Shown here in pieces: positions 38,156 to 49,585 of a stretch of 64,000 nucleotides of DNA. How positions within the stretch are numbered: position 1 is the first letter of the stretch; each line of letters begins with the position of its first letter. The notes under the pieces are model-generated. The model was not told where the DNA came from and ran no database searches. It saw only the letters and a list, made by a program, of their open reading frames with translations. The DNA comes from an uncultured Verrucomicrobiota bacterium (lineage in GTDB: Bacteria; Verrucomicrobiota; Verrucomicrobiia; Palsa-1439): assembly GCA_903825435.1 (NCBI GenBank), contig CAIKAP010000097.1:10547-74546 (forward strand), read 5' to 3'. A program made the translations under genes and the position numbers.

Positions 38156-38461
38156 TTATTCGGCGGATGGAACTCGATGTGACCAATAATGAGGATGGCG
38201 TTTACAGTGGGCAACGGCGATAACCCAGATGTGGTCGTTCACGAAGAGATAGACGACGATGTAGGGGAAATGCTGAACCAGATAGCGGCGAGTGGCGTCG
38301 CTTCGCAGAGGCCAGCGTTCGGGGAAGTGACGAATGGATTCGACTGAGGCTTCGACTTCGCTGGCAAAATCAAACCCGAGTCCGGGACGTTTGTCTTCGT
38401 AATACGCCACTGCCTCACGGAGTTCGGCTTCGGCCTCGCGAAGGATGGTAACGGAAGTCAT
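38156..38461 (-). CDS. RelE/ParE-family toxin
   Basis: AEAELREAVAYYE..PGLG, FPYIVVY, VIAVAHCKRHPHYW. Confidence 0.9.
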   Translation of the reverse strand: MTSVTILREAEAELREAVAYYEDKRPGLGFDFASEVEASVESIRHFPERWPLRSDATRRYLVQHFPYIVVYLFVNDHIWVIAVAHCKRHPHYWSHRVPSAE

Positions 38462-38688
38462 CGCCGTTGGGATTTAATCTTAGCAAAGACTTCTTCGGCG
38501 GGACTGCCCGTGGCTTGTCCCTCGCGCACCATCTGGACTCGGCGTTGAATCTCCGTTTCTTGTTGCGGACTCAACGTGTAATTGGCTGGATTGTCCAAGC
38601 TGAGGATCAAGTCATGGGCCAGACTTGCCCGTTCGCTGGTGGATAAAGCCAAAGCCTCGTCACGGACTTTCTCCATGGTCGTACTCAT
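38458..38688 (-). CDS. Addiction module antitoxin
   Basis: ALALSTSERASLAHDLILSL, EIQRR, PAEEV; 4-bp overlap with the toxin. Confidence 0.88.
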   Translation of the reverse strand: MSTTMEKVRDEALALSTSERASLAHDLILSLDNPANYTLSPQQETEIQRRVQMVREGQATGSPAEEVFAKIKSQRR

Positions 38689-38795
38689 ATTAGTATTTTA
38701 CTGGCAACCTATATTGCGGTCAATCGGTAGATTGGTATCTCTAAATGTGACGGTTTTCCTTCGTAACCGGAGATTCTAGTGATGATGGCTGAGAC

Positions 38796-38857
38796 CGTAG
38801 GAGTGCAATCCCTCGGCCTCGCGGAGCAGGGGAACGGCGAGGGGCAATGCTCCTACG
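38796..38857. repeat. GTAG-type REP-like inverted pair
   Basis: CGTAGGAGTGCAATCCCTCG ... CGAGGGGCAATGCTCCTACG. Confidence 0.6.
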
Positions 38858-38901
38858 ATGACCAGGCTAAAGGGAAGAACGTTCCTTTACGTCGCGACGT
38901 T

Positions 38902-38985
38902 GAGGGAAGGCTTCCCCTCGATGAGGGAACGCGCTCCCTCGACGAGGGAGAGGTCTCCCTGAATGAGGAAATGCGTTCCCTTGGT
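38902..38985. repeat. Four tandem 21-bp units, each a mini-palindrome (GAGGGA...TCCCTC)
   Basis: gagggaaggcttcccctcgat / gagggaacgcgctccctcgac / gagggagaggtctccctgaat / gaggaaatgcgttcccttggt. Confidence 0.75.
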
Positions 38986-39001
38986 CTGGTGGAACATCGC
39001 A

Positions 39002-40603
39002 TCACTGACGTTTGATAGGGCAAAACTCAGTAGAGATTCTCGGTCGGTGTCGACGTCGAGGATCAACCTCGGCATGAAGCGAAGTGGTTACATCCTCTGG
39101 TTCGCCGTCCGATTTCCTCTTCAAGTAGATGTGTTCGAATGTCGCATTGAGTTCTTTGATGTCGTTTTCTCTGCAACCTCCGCTCTTCCTGACGTCAGCA
39201 AGGATTCGGTTCACCATCCCGTCAACATGGGTCAGTTGTCGACTACTCGGAGCGACAAACGGCAACTTCTTGACATAGTTCGCGGAATTATTGGCAGACG
39301 GGTTGATAACGCGCAGGAGTGAAGTGCAGACGGTTGTGTTGCAGAAGCCAAGCAGATAGTAGAGATATTTCTCTTCGTGAGGGAAAACCCCAACGATTGA
39401 CTGGTCAAAAAGTCGCTTCTCCATCAGCGAAGCGGTGACGTTCGTTGACGAGACCATTGGTATCGCGATGCCTTTTCGGAAGTAGAAAGTGGGATTCTGG
39501 AATCTTGCCTTCTTATCGGTCATGTAGTGCCGCACCGCATCGACGCTCCAGTCTAGGAACCAAAGATCGGGTTTGATGAAGCGTACGCCGCCCCCTTTTA
39601 CGATGGGGATGAAGCACTCCCTTCCGGGAAGCCCCTTGAGAGATGGCATGTCGCCGCAGTAGACCGTGTCCGGGGTGATTGCCTGATACTTCGACCCGTT
39701 ACGGATCTCGTTCGACAAGACACGAAGAAACACCTTGTCGTTTCCTGAGTATATTCCGGTCACGCAATCGGCAATGTCTCCAACGCGCACGTCCGCGCTC
39801 GACACGAGTGATGTTAAGTCTCTGTTCTCACTCAGAAACAGAGCATGGTCTATCGCATCAAGCAAGTCGCCCTGTATCACGACCATCCGGTTGACACATC
39901 CGGCACCTGATACGAGTTCCTCAACCTTCTCGTACCCCCAGGAAACCTCAATTTGATTTTCCCTAATGCCGTCGGCTGGTGTAATCCTGCGAAGTGTAAC
40001 GATTGAGAGGTTTGAGTATCCGAAGTTCACGCCTGGGAAGAAGGATGAGGGAAATAGGGCGATGCTTTCAATGCATGAGTCGGTGAGGAGACTATGTCTC
40101 AATGCCGTGTGCATGTGAAGATTCAGGTATGTGTCAGGGATGATGAAGACAAGGCGACCACCTGGCCGTAGCAGGTGAAGGGACTGATATAGAAAGAGCG
40201 CGTAGGTCTCTCGAACATAAAGTCCGGGGTATAGCGACTTCAATCCCTTTCTCTTCTCATACTCCTGCCATGCGCCGTAGGGTGGGTTTGCGATGGCAAA
40301 ATCGTAGTACCCTCCCATGTTCATCTTCAGGAGGAGATTCGGATCGAGGAGCGTGTCCGACTGCGTGACGTGAACACGACTTGTGTTCCCGTATTTACTC
40401 AACAGTCCCTGCGCAGCGGCAGGATTGAATTCGTATGCGTCAACGTCAATATCTCCCTGCGCGGACAGAACGGCATCTACCAAAACCCCGTCGCCTGCGC
40501 ATGGTTCCAACATGCGGCAATGTGGCTTTGGTCGCAACCGAGACACCATGTAGTCTAAGATTGGTTGCGACTTGGTGTAATATGCTTGAAAGGTTGACTT
40601 CAT
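39002..40603 (-). CDS. N6-adenine DNA methyltransferase, gamma class (TaqI/Eco57I-like)
   Basis: YYT, LEPCAGDG (motif I) before IANPPY (motif IV), LRPGGRLVFIIP, C-terminal target-recognition region. Confidence 0.9.
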   Translation of the reverse strand: MKSTFQAYYTKSQPILDYMVSRLRPKPHCRMLEPCAGDGVLVDAVLSAQGDIDVDAYEFNPAAAQGLLSKYGNTSRVHVTQSDTLLDPNLLLKMNMGGYYDFAIANPPYGAWQEYEKRKGLKSLYPGLYVRETYALFLYQSLHLLRPGGRLVFIIPDTYLNLHMHTALRHSLLTDSCIESIALFPSSFFPGVNFGYSNLSIVTLRRITPADGIRENQIEVSWGYEKVEELVSGAGCVNRMVVIQGDLLDAIDHALFLSENRDLTSLVSSADVRVGDIADCVTGIYSGNDKVFLRVLSNEIRNGSKYQAITPDTVYCGDMPSLKGLPGRECFIPIVKGGGVRFIKPDLWFLDWSVDAVRHYMTDKKARFQNPTFYFRKGIAIPMVSSTNVTASLMEKRLFDQSIVGVFPHEEKYLYYLLGFCNTTVCTSLLRVINPSANNSANYVKKLPFVAPSSRQLTHVDGMVNRILADVRKSGGCRENDIKELNATFEHIYLKRKSDGEPEDVTTSLHAEVDPRRRHRPRISTEFCPIKRQ

Positions 40604-40610
40604 TACTTTT

Positions 40611-41537
40611 CTACCACACTAGGTATTTCAGAAGGTCGTTCTTCCTTAGATGACTGACGGTTGCTTTACTTAGGTCTGCCTTCCAGTCCACGTTTGCCGC
40701 AATCCATGCCTTCAAGTCAAAGCCAGTAAACTGCTGTATCTGCACGTATGTCTCGTCACCACAATACGCCGACCAAATGCCGGAATTCTTCAGCGTCTGA
40801 AAGTAGTTATTATTCTGATCCTCCGGTGAACGCACAAGCAGCAAGCACCGGTAGTTCTGCTCAAGATTCGCGTAGATTGTCGCGACTAACAGAAGGCGGT
40901 TCGTGTTGCCCTTCTCGTTGGAACCGAAACCGCTCTTGAAGTCAACATTGTAGCGCACCTTCTGTCGCGCAAAGTGCAGATCGAGTTCCAGTTTGATTTC
41001 TCCCGAAGTGACCAGTGTCCACACCTTGCCGTAATACTTCTTCAATTCGGCCTTCTGCGACGGGGTGATATTCAGTCCATCAATGAAGGCTTCGATTTCA
41101 TCCGTCATCATCTTCTTGACCTCTGAAAACAGAGGCGGTACGAAAAGCGTCAGGTCCTTGATCGGATACTCAAAGCAGAGTTTGCAGAAAGGTTCCCACA
41201 ACTCACCAACCCGTCGCGAGAAGGCCATGTATTCGTATTCCCATACGGCATTTCGGAGATCAATCATGGAGACGTAGCTCGCATAGGTTGTGAGCAAAAT
41301 GCACTTCAACGTTTCCTCAGTGCGCCACTTCTCCTGTCGCGCCCGTTGAAGAATGTTTGCGATAAGGGTGTCACGTGTGGCCGTTACTGCTTTGTTAACC
41401 GATCCTGCGCGAGACTGGGTTTCGCTGACGGCATACTGCCGAGTGATCTCTTCCATGGACTCCTCCCCACGATTTCGGAAGTAGTCTAGGAGTGTCGCTT
41501 TGCTTCGAGACAGGGCTGGTGTAATCGTGATGCTCAT
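40611..41537 (-). CDS. Putative type II restriction endonuclease
   Basis: 7 bp upstream of the MTase; GELWE...ELDLHF...VDFKSG resembles a PD-(D/E)xK core; lower GC than core genes. Confidence 0.65.
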   Translation of the reverse strand: MSITITPALSRSKATLLDYFRNRGEESMEEITRQYAVSETQSRAGSVNKAVTATRDTLIANILQRARQEKWRTEETLKCILLTTYASYVSMIDLRNAVWEYEYMAFSRRVGELWEPFCKLCFEYPIKDLTLFVPPLFSEVKKMMTDEIEAFIDGLNITPSQKAELKKYYGKVWTLVTSGEIKLELDLHFARQKVRYNVDFKSGFGSNEKGNTNRLLLVATIYANLEQNYRCLLLVRSPEDQNNNYFQTLKNSGIWSAYCGDETYVQIQQFTGFDLKAWIAANVDWKADLSKATVSHLRKNDLLKYLVW

Positions 41538-41603
41538 ATGATCTCCTTTTTCATCTCTCGGCGAACAGTATGCTTTACTGCATTCCGCATATAATAATGT
41601 GCC

Positions 41604-43148
41604 CTACAGCGTCGGCTTTTCCGTTTCGTTTCGGCGGCGTTGTTCGTCGAGGTGGCGGTTTAGGGCGTTGAGGTAGGCGAGGGCGCTGGCTTCGATGATG
41701 TCGGTGCTGTTGCCTTTGCCGGTGACGATGCGTTCGCCGAACTGGACGCGGACGCTGACTTCGCCGATGGCGTCTTCGCCGCTGGTGACGCTGGCGACGT
41801 TGAAGTCGTTCAAGCTGCCTTTGATGCCGGTGATGCGGTCAATGGTCTTGAGGGTGGCGTCAATCGGGCCGTCGCCGGTGCTGGCGTCGGCGGTCGGTTC
41901 TTTCTTGTCGGCTTGGATGAGGCGGACGCTGGCGGTGGGGATGGTGCCGGTCATGACGCTGAGGTAGTCGAGCTTCCAGATTTGGGGGACTTCGGTGAAC
42001 GCGCCTTCGACGAGGGCGCGGACGTCGTCGTCGTAAACGTGTTTCTTTTTGTCGGCGAGTGTCTTGACCTGTTCGGTGACGCGGCGGATTTCGTCGTCAT
42101 TGAGTTTGTAGCCCATTTCTTCGAGTTTCTTGCGGACGGCGTGGTGGCCCATGTGTTTGCCCCACGTGAGTTCGCTGGTGCGGCCAACGTCCTCGGCGCT
42201 CATGATCTCGTAGGTCGCGCGGTTCTGGATCATGCCGTGCTGGTGGATGCCGGATTCGTGCGCAAAGGCGTTGTCGCCGACGATGGCTTTGTTGCGCTGG
42301 ACGACCATGCCGGTGAGATGCGAAACGAGGCGGCTCGCGGGATAAATCTGGCGCGTGTCAATGCCGGTGGTGAACCCGCCGAATGCGTCGGCGCGTGTCT
42401 TGAGCGCCATGACGGTTTCTTCGAGGGAGGTGTTGCCCGCGCGTTCGCCGAGGCCGTTGATGGTGCACTCGACCTGGCGCGCGCCGTTGAGGACGGCGGC
42501 GAGGGAGTTGGCGACGGCGAGGCCGAGGTCGTTGTGGCAATGCACGCTGATGACGGCGTCCTTGATGTTCGAGACGTGCTCGTAAAGATATTTAATGAGC
42601 GCGCCAAACTGATGCGGCGCCGCGTAGCCGACGGTGTCGGGAATGTTCACCGTCCGCGCGCCCGCCGCGATGACGGCCTCGGTGACTTGCGCGAGAAACT
42701 CCGGCTCGGTGCGCGAAGCGTCCTCGGGCGAGAACTCGATGTCGGTGCAACGGGCGCGCGCGCGTTTCACGCCTTCGACGGCGCGACGGATGATTTCGTC
42801 CTGCGCCATCTTGAGTTTGAACTCGCGGTGAATCGCGCTGGTCGCGAGGAAAACGTGGATGCGACCGCGTTCGCCCGCCGGTTTCACGGCGTCGGCGGCG
42901 CGATCAATGTCCTTGTCAACGCAACGCGCGAGACCGGCGATGCTCGGCCCTTTGATTTCAGTGGCGATGGCCTGAACGGCCTCGAAGTCGCCATCGCTGG
43001 CGATGGGGAAGCCCGCCTCGATGACGTCAACCTTGAGCCGCGCGAGCTGGCGCGCGACCTCGAGTTTCTCGCGGGTGTTCATCGAAGCTCCGGGGCATTG
43101 CTCGCCGTCGCGGAGAGTGGTATCGAATATGATTACTTTTTCGCTCAT
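41604..43148 (-). CDS. leuA: 2-isopropylmalate synthase
   Basis: [44 protein letters not shown]-terminal regulatory domain. Confidence 0.97.
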   Translation of the reverse strand: MSEKVIIFDTTLRDGEQCPGASMNTREKLEVARQLARLKVDVIEAGFPIASDGDFEAVQAIATEIKGPSIAGLARCVDKDIDRAADAVKPAGERGRIHVFLATSAIHREFKLKMAQDEIIRRAVEGVKRARARCTDIEFSPEDASRTEPEFLAQVTEAVIAAGARTVNIPDTVGYAAPHQFGALIKYLYEHVSNIKDAVISVHCHNDLGLAVANSLAAVLNGARQVECTINGLGERAGNTSLEETVMALKTRADAFGGFTTGIDTRQIYPASRLVSHLTGMVVQRNKAIVGDNAFAHESGIHQHGMIQNRATYEIMSAEDVGRTSELTWGKHMGHHAVRKKLEEMGYKLNDDEIRRVTEQVKTLADKKKHVYDDDVRALVEGAFTEVPQIWKLDYLSVMTGTIPTASVRLIQADKKEPTADASTGDGPIDATLKTIDRITGIKGSLNDFNVASVTSGEDAIGEVSVRVQFGERIVTGKGNSTDIIEASALAYLNALNRHLDEQRRRNETEKPTL

Positions 43149-43180
43149 GTGTTCCTTTGTAACGCAAACGTCGGTCTGGG

Positions 43181-43222
43181 AAAATAAAAAACCCACCCCG
43201 ACCTTCGCGTCGGGGTGGGTTT
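43181..43222 (-). terminator. Intrinsic terminator of the leuA attenuator
   Basis: Minus strand AAACCCACCCCGAC-GCGAAG-GTCGGGGTGGG-TTTTTTATTTT, about 33 nt before the leuA ATG. Confidence 0.9.
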
Positions 43223-43242
43223 GGATATTGTTTCGATAGACC

Positions 43243-43311
43243 TCAGCCCACTGGATCCGACGCGAATCGAAGCAGTCGCAAACCCAGCAATAGGTTGAGG
43301 TTGTTATTCAT
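43243..43311 (-). CDS. Leucine leader peptide MNNNLNLLLGLRLLRFASDPVG (22 aa, 7 Leu)
   Basis: ATG at 43311, TGA at 43245-43243; its 3' part can pair with the terminator 5' arm. Confidence 0.85.
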   Translation of the reverse strand: MNNNLNLLLGLRLLRFASDPVG

Positions 43312-43428
43312 TTCATCGCTAGCGTACCAGTGTCGTCGCGTTTGTCAAGCCCGCCGGACGGTCGTATCTGTGTTCGGTGCAAATTCTGTCTTGAGGAACT
43401 TCGCTGGTTGAATGAAGATGACGCGACA

Positions 43429-44907
43429 ATGGATCGCCTCATTGCTTCTGTGCTGATGTTGGTTGCCTCGATTGCAGCGGCTGGTGACTCGCCGGAGTTC
43501 TGCGGGTCGCACTCAAAAAATATGGTTGCCGACGAATGGAACCTGCCGGAGACGTTTTCATTTGGCGAAAAAAATACAGCCAAAGGCTGCGTAGATGTCT
43601 CCACCGCCAGCAACGTTGCTTGGGGGGTGCGACTCAATTCTGTCATGTACCCGTCACCGAGCGTGGCCGCAGGGAAAGTGTTTGTCGGCGGGGGTGACCT
43701 GAGCAAGGGGACGTTGAATTGCCTTGATGCCCGCAGCGGTGAAGTGCTCTGGCAATATCGCGATCCGTACCGGCAGTTCCCAAAAGAGATTGAAAAAGGC
43801 AGGAAGTTCATGATCGGCCACATCACGCGCAACCTCGGCATTGTTTCCACCGCCGCCGTGGAGGACGACTGTGTGTATTTCGTCAACCACCGTTGCGAAG
43901 TGCTTTGCCTCGATGCCGCTAGCGGCAAACGCGTCTGGAGCTTCGACCTGTGGGACTACGGTATCCGTCCCGCCGATGCCTGCAACGGCTCGCCACTGAT
44001 TGATGGTGACCTGCTCTACGTCTGCACCTCCAACGGCACCGACCGCGACGCCCAGGTCGCCTACTACGACGCCCGCCCGACGCCCGCGCCAAATGCGCCG
44101 AGCCTTATCTCGCTCGACAAACGTACCGGCCACCTCGTTGCCGCGGACGATGCGCGACAGATCGGACCGAACATCATGCACGGCCAGTGGTCCACGCCTT
44201 CGCTCGGCATTGCGCGCGGACGTAAACTCGTTTTCTTCGGCGGGGGCGACGGCTATTGTTACGCCTTCGACGCGGCCACGCTGAAGACTGTCTGGCGTTT
44301 CGACTGCGTTCCTGCCGAGTACAAACCGACCGGCGACCTGAAATGGGCAGCGTGCTATTCGCTCGGCGACAAGCGCCTCAAACAATCGTTGAACAAGAAG
44401 GACAAAAGTAGCTACGTTGGCACCAGTGAGATCCTCGCCAGCCCCGTCTTTTACAAGGAGCGTATCTACGTCCCCATCGGACGCGACCCAGAACACGGTC
44501 GCGGACGCGGTGCGCTCTGGTGCCTCGACGCCGCCACCGGTAGCAAAGTCTGGGGGTACAAGGGCCTCGACCGTACGCTCTCCACAGTCTCCATCGCCGA
44601 CGGATTGCTCTACGTCGCCGACATCGCCGGTAGAGTCCATTGCCTCGACGCCGAGACTGGCAAGGTGTACTGGGTGCACGAAACCGGCGAAGTTCTCTGG
44701 TCCTCGACGCTGGTGGCCGACGGCAAGGTTTACCTACCGACGACGAAACACTTCTGGGTGCTCGCTGCCGGCAAGGAGTTGAAGGTGCTCAATTCCATCC
44801 GCGTTGGTGCGCCAGTCTATTCCTCCGTCGTGGCGGCCAACGGCGCACTATATTTCTCCGCCTTCAACGGCTGGCTCTATGCCCTCCGTAAAAATCCTAA
44901 GCATTAA
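43429..44907 (+). CDS. PQQ-like beta-propeller repeat protein (BamB-like), exported
   Basis: Signal peptide; repeated CLDA.SG..LW, SPLIDGD, SS.VAANG motifs. Confidence 0.88.
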   Translation: MDRLIASVLMLVASIAAAGDSPEFCGSHSKNMVADEWNLPETFSFGEKNTAKGCVDVSTASNVAWGVRLNSVMYPSPSVAAGKVFVGGGDLSKGTLNCLDARSGEVLWQYRDPYRQFPKEIEKGRKFMIGHITRNLGIVSTAAVEDDCVYFVNHRCEVLCLDAASGKRVWSFDLWDYGIRPADACNGSPLIDGDLLYVCTSNGTDRDAQVAYYDARPTPAPNAPSLISLDKRTGHLVAADDARQIGPNIMHGQWSTPSLGIARGRKLVFFGGGDGYCYAFDAATLKTVWRFDCVPAEYKPTGDLKWAACYSLGDKRLKQSLNKKDKSSYVGTSEILASPVFYKERIYVPIGRDPEHGRGRGALWCLDAATGSKVWGYKGLDRTLSTVSIADGLLYVADIAGRVHCLDAETGKVYWVHETGEVLWSSTLVADGKVYLPTTKHFWVLAAGKELKVLNSIRVGAPVYSSVVAANGALYFSAFNGWLYALRKNPKH

Positions 44908-45144
44908 TTTCTAAACAAATCATAATGACCAAAGTGGCAATGACTCAAACGCGACACACAACCGACAAACTGATTTCTGTCATTGGAGTTTTTCACCTTC
45001 GTACCTGTTTAGAGCTTGGAATTGCCGCTGCCATTATGGATGAAATGCGCGGGGCGGAGCGGTACAGATCAGAGGGGCAGACCTTTACAAGTCACCGAAA
45101 GACTGACTTGCCATTCGTGGCGGAATCGGAACATTTTGCGGGCG

Positions 45145-45603
45145 TTAGGATTTGGCGCGACGGGCGTCGGCTAGGGCGCGGTCGGTCTCGCGGTTGGCTT
45201 CCTTGCGCTTGAGGGTCTCGCGTTTGTCGTACTGGCTTTTGCCTTTGCCGAGGGCGAGGAGAACTTTGGCGTAGCTCTTGGTGAAATAGATCCGGAGCGG
45301 TAACAGGGCCATGCCTTTGACTTGGAGTTTGCCGGTGAGGTGGTCGATTTCTTTTTGGTGGAGGAGGAGTCGGCGCGGTCGGAGCGGGTCAACGTTCCAG
45401 CGGTTGCCCTGCGCGTAGGCGGCGATGTGGCAGTTGTAGAGCCAGCACTCGCCGCGTTCGATTTTGCCGAACGCGTCGTCAATCGAGGCGCGGGAGGCGC
45501 GGAGGCTCTTGACCTCGGGGCCTTTCAACTCGATACCGGCTTCGAGCGTCTCACCGATGACGTAGTCGCGGCCCGCTTTGTGGTTGTGAATGGTCGGCGG
45601 CAT
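45145..45603 (-). CDS. smpB: SsrA-binding protein
   Basis: NHKAGRDY, EAGIELKGPEVKSLR, RRLLLH, GKSQYDKRE. Confidence 0.96.
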   Translation of the reverse strand: MPPTIHNHKAGRDYVIGETLEAGIELKGPEVKSLRASRASIDDAFGKIERGECWLYNCHIAAYAQGNRWNVDPLRPRRLLLHQKEIDHLTGKLQVKGMALLPLRIYFTKSYAKVLLALGKGKSQYDKRETLKRKEANRETDRALADARRAKS

Positions 45604-45687
45604 GTCGTCGGCAGTATAACGGGTGCAGTCGTAAATCCCAAGTTCTCTCTTGCGTGGCAGCGGGGTGGCTCCTAGATTCGCGGTCGG

Positions 45688-47274
45688 ATGCAACCGTTTG
45701 CCTACAATCTGACGCTGGCCGTGCTGTTCGCGGGTGCAGCGGCAGTCGGGATCTGGTTCCTGAAATGGAAGAAGGATTGGCCGTTGCTGGACCGTGTAGT
45801 GGCGGCGCCGTTGGCGGTTGGGTTCGTGGCGCTGCTGGGGATGTGCGCGAGCAGTGTATTGCAGGTGCCGTTCTTCGGGTGGAACGCGGCGCGGCTGGCA
45901 CCGACGTTCGCACTGGTCAATGGCTACCGGCTCTATTATCCCGCCGACACTGGGCCGGTGTTGAATTCGATTTATGGGCCGGTGACGGCGTTGGTGTATT
46001 TACCGGCGACACTGGCGAAAGCGCCGACCAGTGCATTGGTCGGTGGTGGCATTGTGAGTGTATTGCTGTTTTTCGGGCCGGTGGTGTGGTTGTTGGTGAA
46101 GATGGGGAAGGCGTCTCATTGGATGGTGGAGGCGGCGGCTTTCCTGTGTTTCGGCTTCATCACCTGCTATTCCTATCCTCTGAGATATTCCGCGTTTTGC
46201 ATTCACGCCGACGCGCCGGCGCTTGGTCTAGGAGGGTTGGCGTGCGCGGTAATCTGTTTGAGGGAACGGGAGGAGGAGTGGAAACTGTTGGTTGCCTCCG
46301 CTGTTCTGGCGGTGTTGAGCGTGTGGGCGAAGCAGACGATGGCGCTGATGCCAGTGGCGCTGGCCGTGTGGGTGTTGGTGCGATTTGGGGTTGCTTCCTT
46401 TAGACGGTATTTGCTGGCGCTATGCGGTGCGGGTCTGATGGTTTCGGTGGTGTTCGTGCTGGCGTTTGGCCCGTCGGCAATGTTCTTCAATCTATTTCAG
46501 TTGCCGAGCCATCACCCGTGGCAGGGCGAGAAAGTGAAATGGTTGGTGCAAGCTTCCTATGAACTGCTGGACGAGTCGTTACTTGTGTTGGCCGTGATCG
46601 TGGTTGGATTTGTCCTGCGGTACAGCAAGAATTCGTCAGGGCTCCGGTCTTGGCGTGATGATGTCAGGGCTAGCAACTGGCCATTATTCGTGCTAGTGGG
46701 GGTGTTCAACACTCCTGCCGCCGTGCTGAATCGCGTTAAAATAGGCGGCGACATGAACGCATTGAGCGTATCACTGTATTTCTGGATGATTGGAGCCATG
46801 CTGCTGGTGGTGGAGATGGCCGAGACGGAGGAGAAGATCGGTGCACAGACGGCGAAGGCGGCGCTGGCGATGCTGGTGATTGGGTTTATGGCGAATGCGA
46901 CGGGACGGCTAAAGAATTTATATTCAGTGGCGGAAGTGTTCCGTAACAACCAGCAAGAAGTCGCCTGTCGGATTTTGCGAGACAATCCTGGTGCGGTGTA
47001 TTTTCCAAACAATCCGCTGGCGCACCTGATGACCGAGGGGAAGCTTTACCATTTTTCGTACGGGTTGATTGACCGCAGGCTAGGTGGACACACGGTGACG
47101 ACAGAACATTTCCGTGCGTATGTCCCGCCAAAGGCGCACGCGGTGTTTTTCGGCAGTGTGTGGCCGGGCAATGAGACGATGACGCGCGAGGAAACGATGC
47201 AATATTTACCCGGCTTCATCCTGAAGGGAAAGGACTCGTATGGCTGGACGGTGTACCTGCGGGCGGAGCGCTAG
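45688..47274 (+). CDS. Multi-pass membrane protein, possibly GT-C glycosyltransferase-like
   Basis: About 12 hydrophobic segments; IYGP, HADAP, WAKQT, KIGGDMN. Confidence 0.55.
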   Translation: MQPFAYNLTLAVLFAGAAAVGIWFLKWKKDWPLLDRVVAAPLAVGFVALLGMCASSVLQVPFFGWNAARLAPTFALVNGYRLYYPADTGPVLNSIYGPVTALVYLPATLAKAPTSALVGGGIVSVLLFFGPVVWLLVKMGKASHWMVEAAAFLCFGFITCYSYPLRYSAFCIHADAPALGLGGLACAVICLREREEEWKLLVASAVLAVLSVWAKQTMALMPVALAVWVLVRFGVASFRRYLLALCGAGLMVSVVFVLAFGPSAMFFNLFQLPSHHPWQGEKVKWLVQASYELLDESLLVLAVIVVGFVLRYSKNSSGLRSWRDDVRASNWPLFVLVGVFNTPAAVLNRVKIGGDMNALSVSLYFWMIGAMLLVVEMAETEEKIGAQTAKAALAMLVIGFMANATGRLKNLYSVAEVFRNNQQEVACRILRDNPGAVYFPNNPLAHLMTEGKLYHFSYGLIDRRLGGHTVTTEHFRAYVPPKAHAVFFGSVWPGNETMTREETMQYLPGFILKGKDSYGWTVYLRAER

Positions 47275-47504
47275 ACCTTGGGTTCGGTCTCGTTCTCAGG
47301 CTTGACCTGTGGCTCGATCTCGTAGCTGAACTTGCCTTCGCTGACTTCCTTCAGGGCGATGTCGGCAAAATCCATGCGCGGATCGGTGATCGTCAGCGGG
47401 CGATGACCTTGGATAAGCTGGCGGACGCGCCGGGAGATTATGTTGATGAGCAGTTCCGGGTTGGGAACTTGTTGCTGCGCGGTGATTAAATATTTGCTGT
47501 TCAT
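47271..47504 (-). CDS. rpoZ: RNA polymerase omega subunit
   Basis: LINIISRRVRQLIQGHRPL, DIALKEVSEGK. Confidence 0.85.
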   Translation of the reverse strand: MNSKYLITAQQQVPNPELLINIISRRVRQLIQGHRPLTITDPRMDFADIALKEVSEGKFSYEIEPQVKPENETEPKV

Positions 47505-47556
47505 CCTAGTGTGAGGCGCGATTGTCCATGATTCGTGTCGAAACGCAAGCGTGAAA

Positions 47557-47588
47557 GTGGGGGCGGACCGTTTACGATCCGCCCCCAC
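47557..47588. terminator. GC-rich hairpin after groEL, probable terminator
   Basis: GTGGGGGCGGA-N10-TCCGCCCCCAC with short T-runs on both strands. Confidence 0.7.
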
Positions 47589-47609
47589 GCAGTTTTAGTC
47601 GAATACGAC

Positions 47610-49250
<1,641 letters not shown>

Positions 49251-49263
49251 TTACTCCTTTTGG

Positions 49264-49551
49264 TTATTCGATGATGCCGAGTATCTGATTCTCTTCCATG
49301 ATCAGACACTCCTTGCCGTCAATCTTGATCTCAGTGCCGCCGTATTTGCTAAACAGCACGCGATCACCCTTATTTACGTCCATTGGAATCAGCTTGCCGT
49401 TGTCGTCGCGCTTGCCGGCGCCGACGGCGACAATCTTGCCTTCCTGGGGTTTTTCCTTGGCGGTATCGGGAATGATGATGCCGCCCTTCTTTACTTCCTC
49501 TGCTTCGATCGGCTGCACGAGCACCCGATCTCCCAACGGTTTTACGTTCAT
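49264..49551 (-). CDS. groES: Co-chaperonin GroES
   Basis: [29 protein letters not shown]. Confidence 0.97.
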   Translation of the reverse strand: MNVKPLGDRVLVQPIEAEEVKKGGIIIPDTAKEKPQEGKIVAVGAGKRDDNGKLIPMDVNKGDRVLFSKYGGTEIKIDGKECLIMEENQILGIIE

Positions 49552-49585
49552 GCTTCTCTCTGCTCCTTTTGGTTTTGGTTTCCGG

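Noticed and set aside
45030..45145. tmRNA next to smpB
   Set aside because: No tRNA-like ends or tag reading frame recognisable
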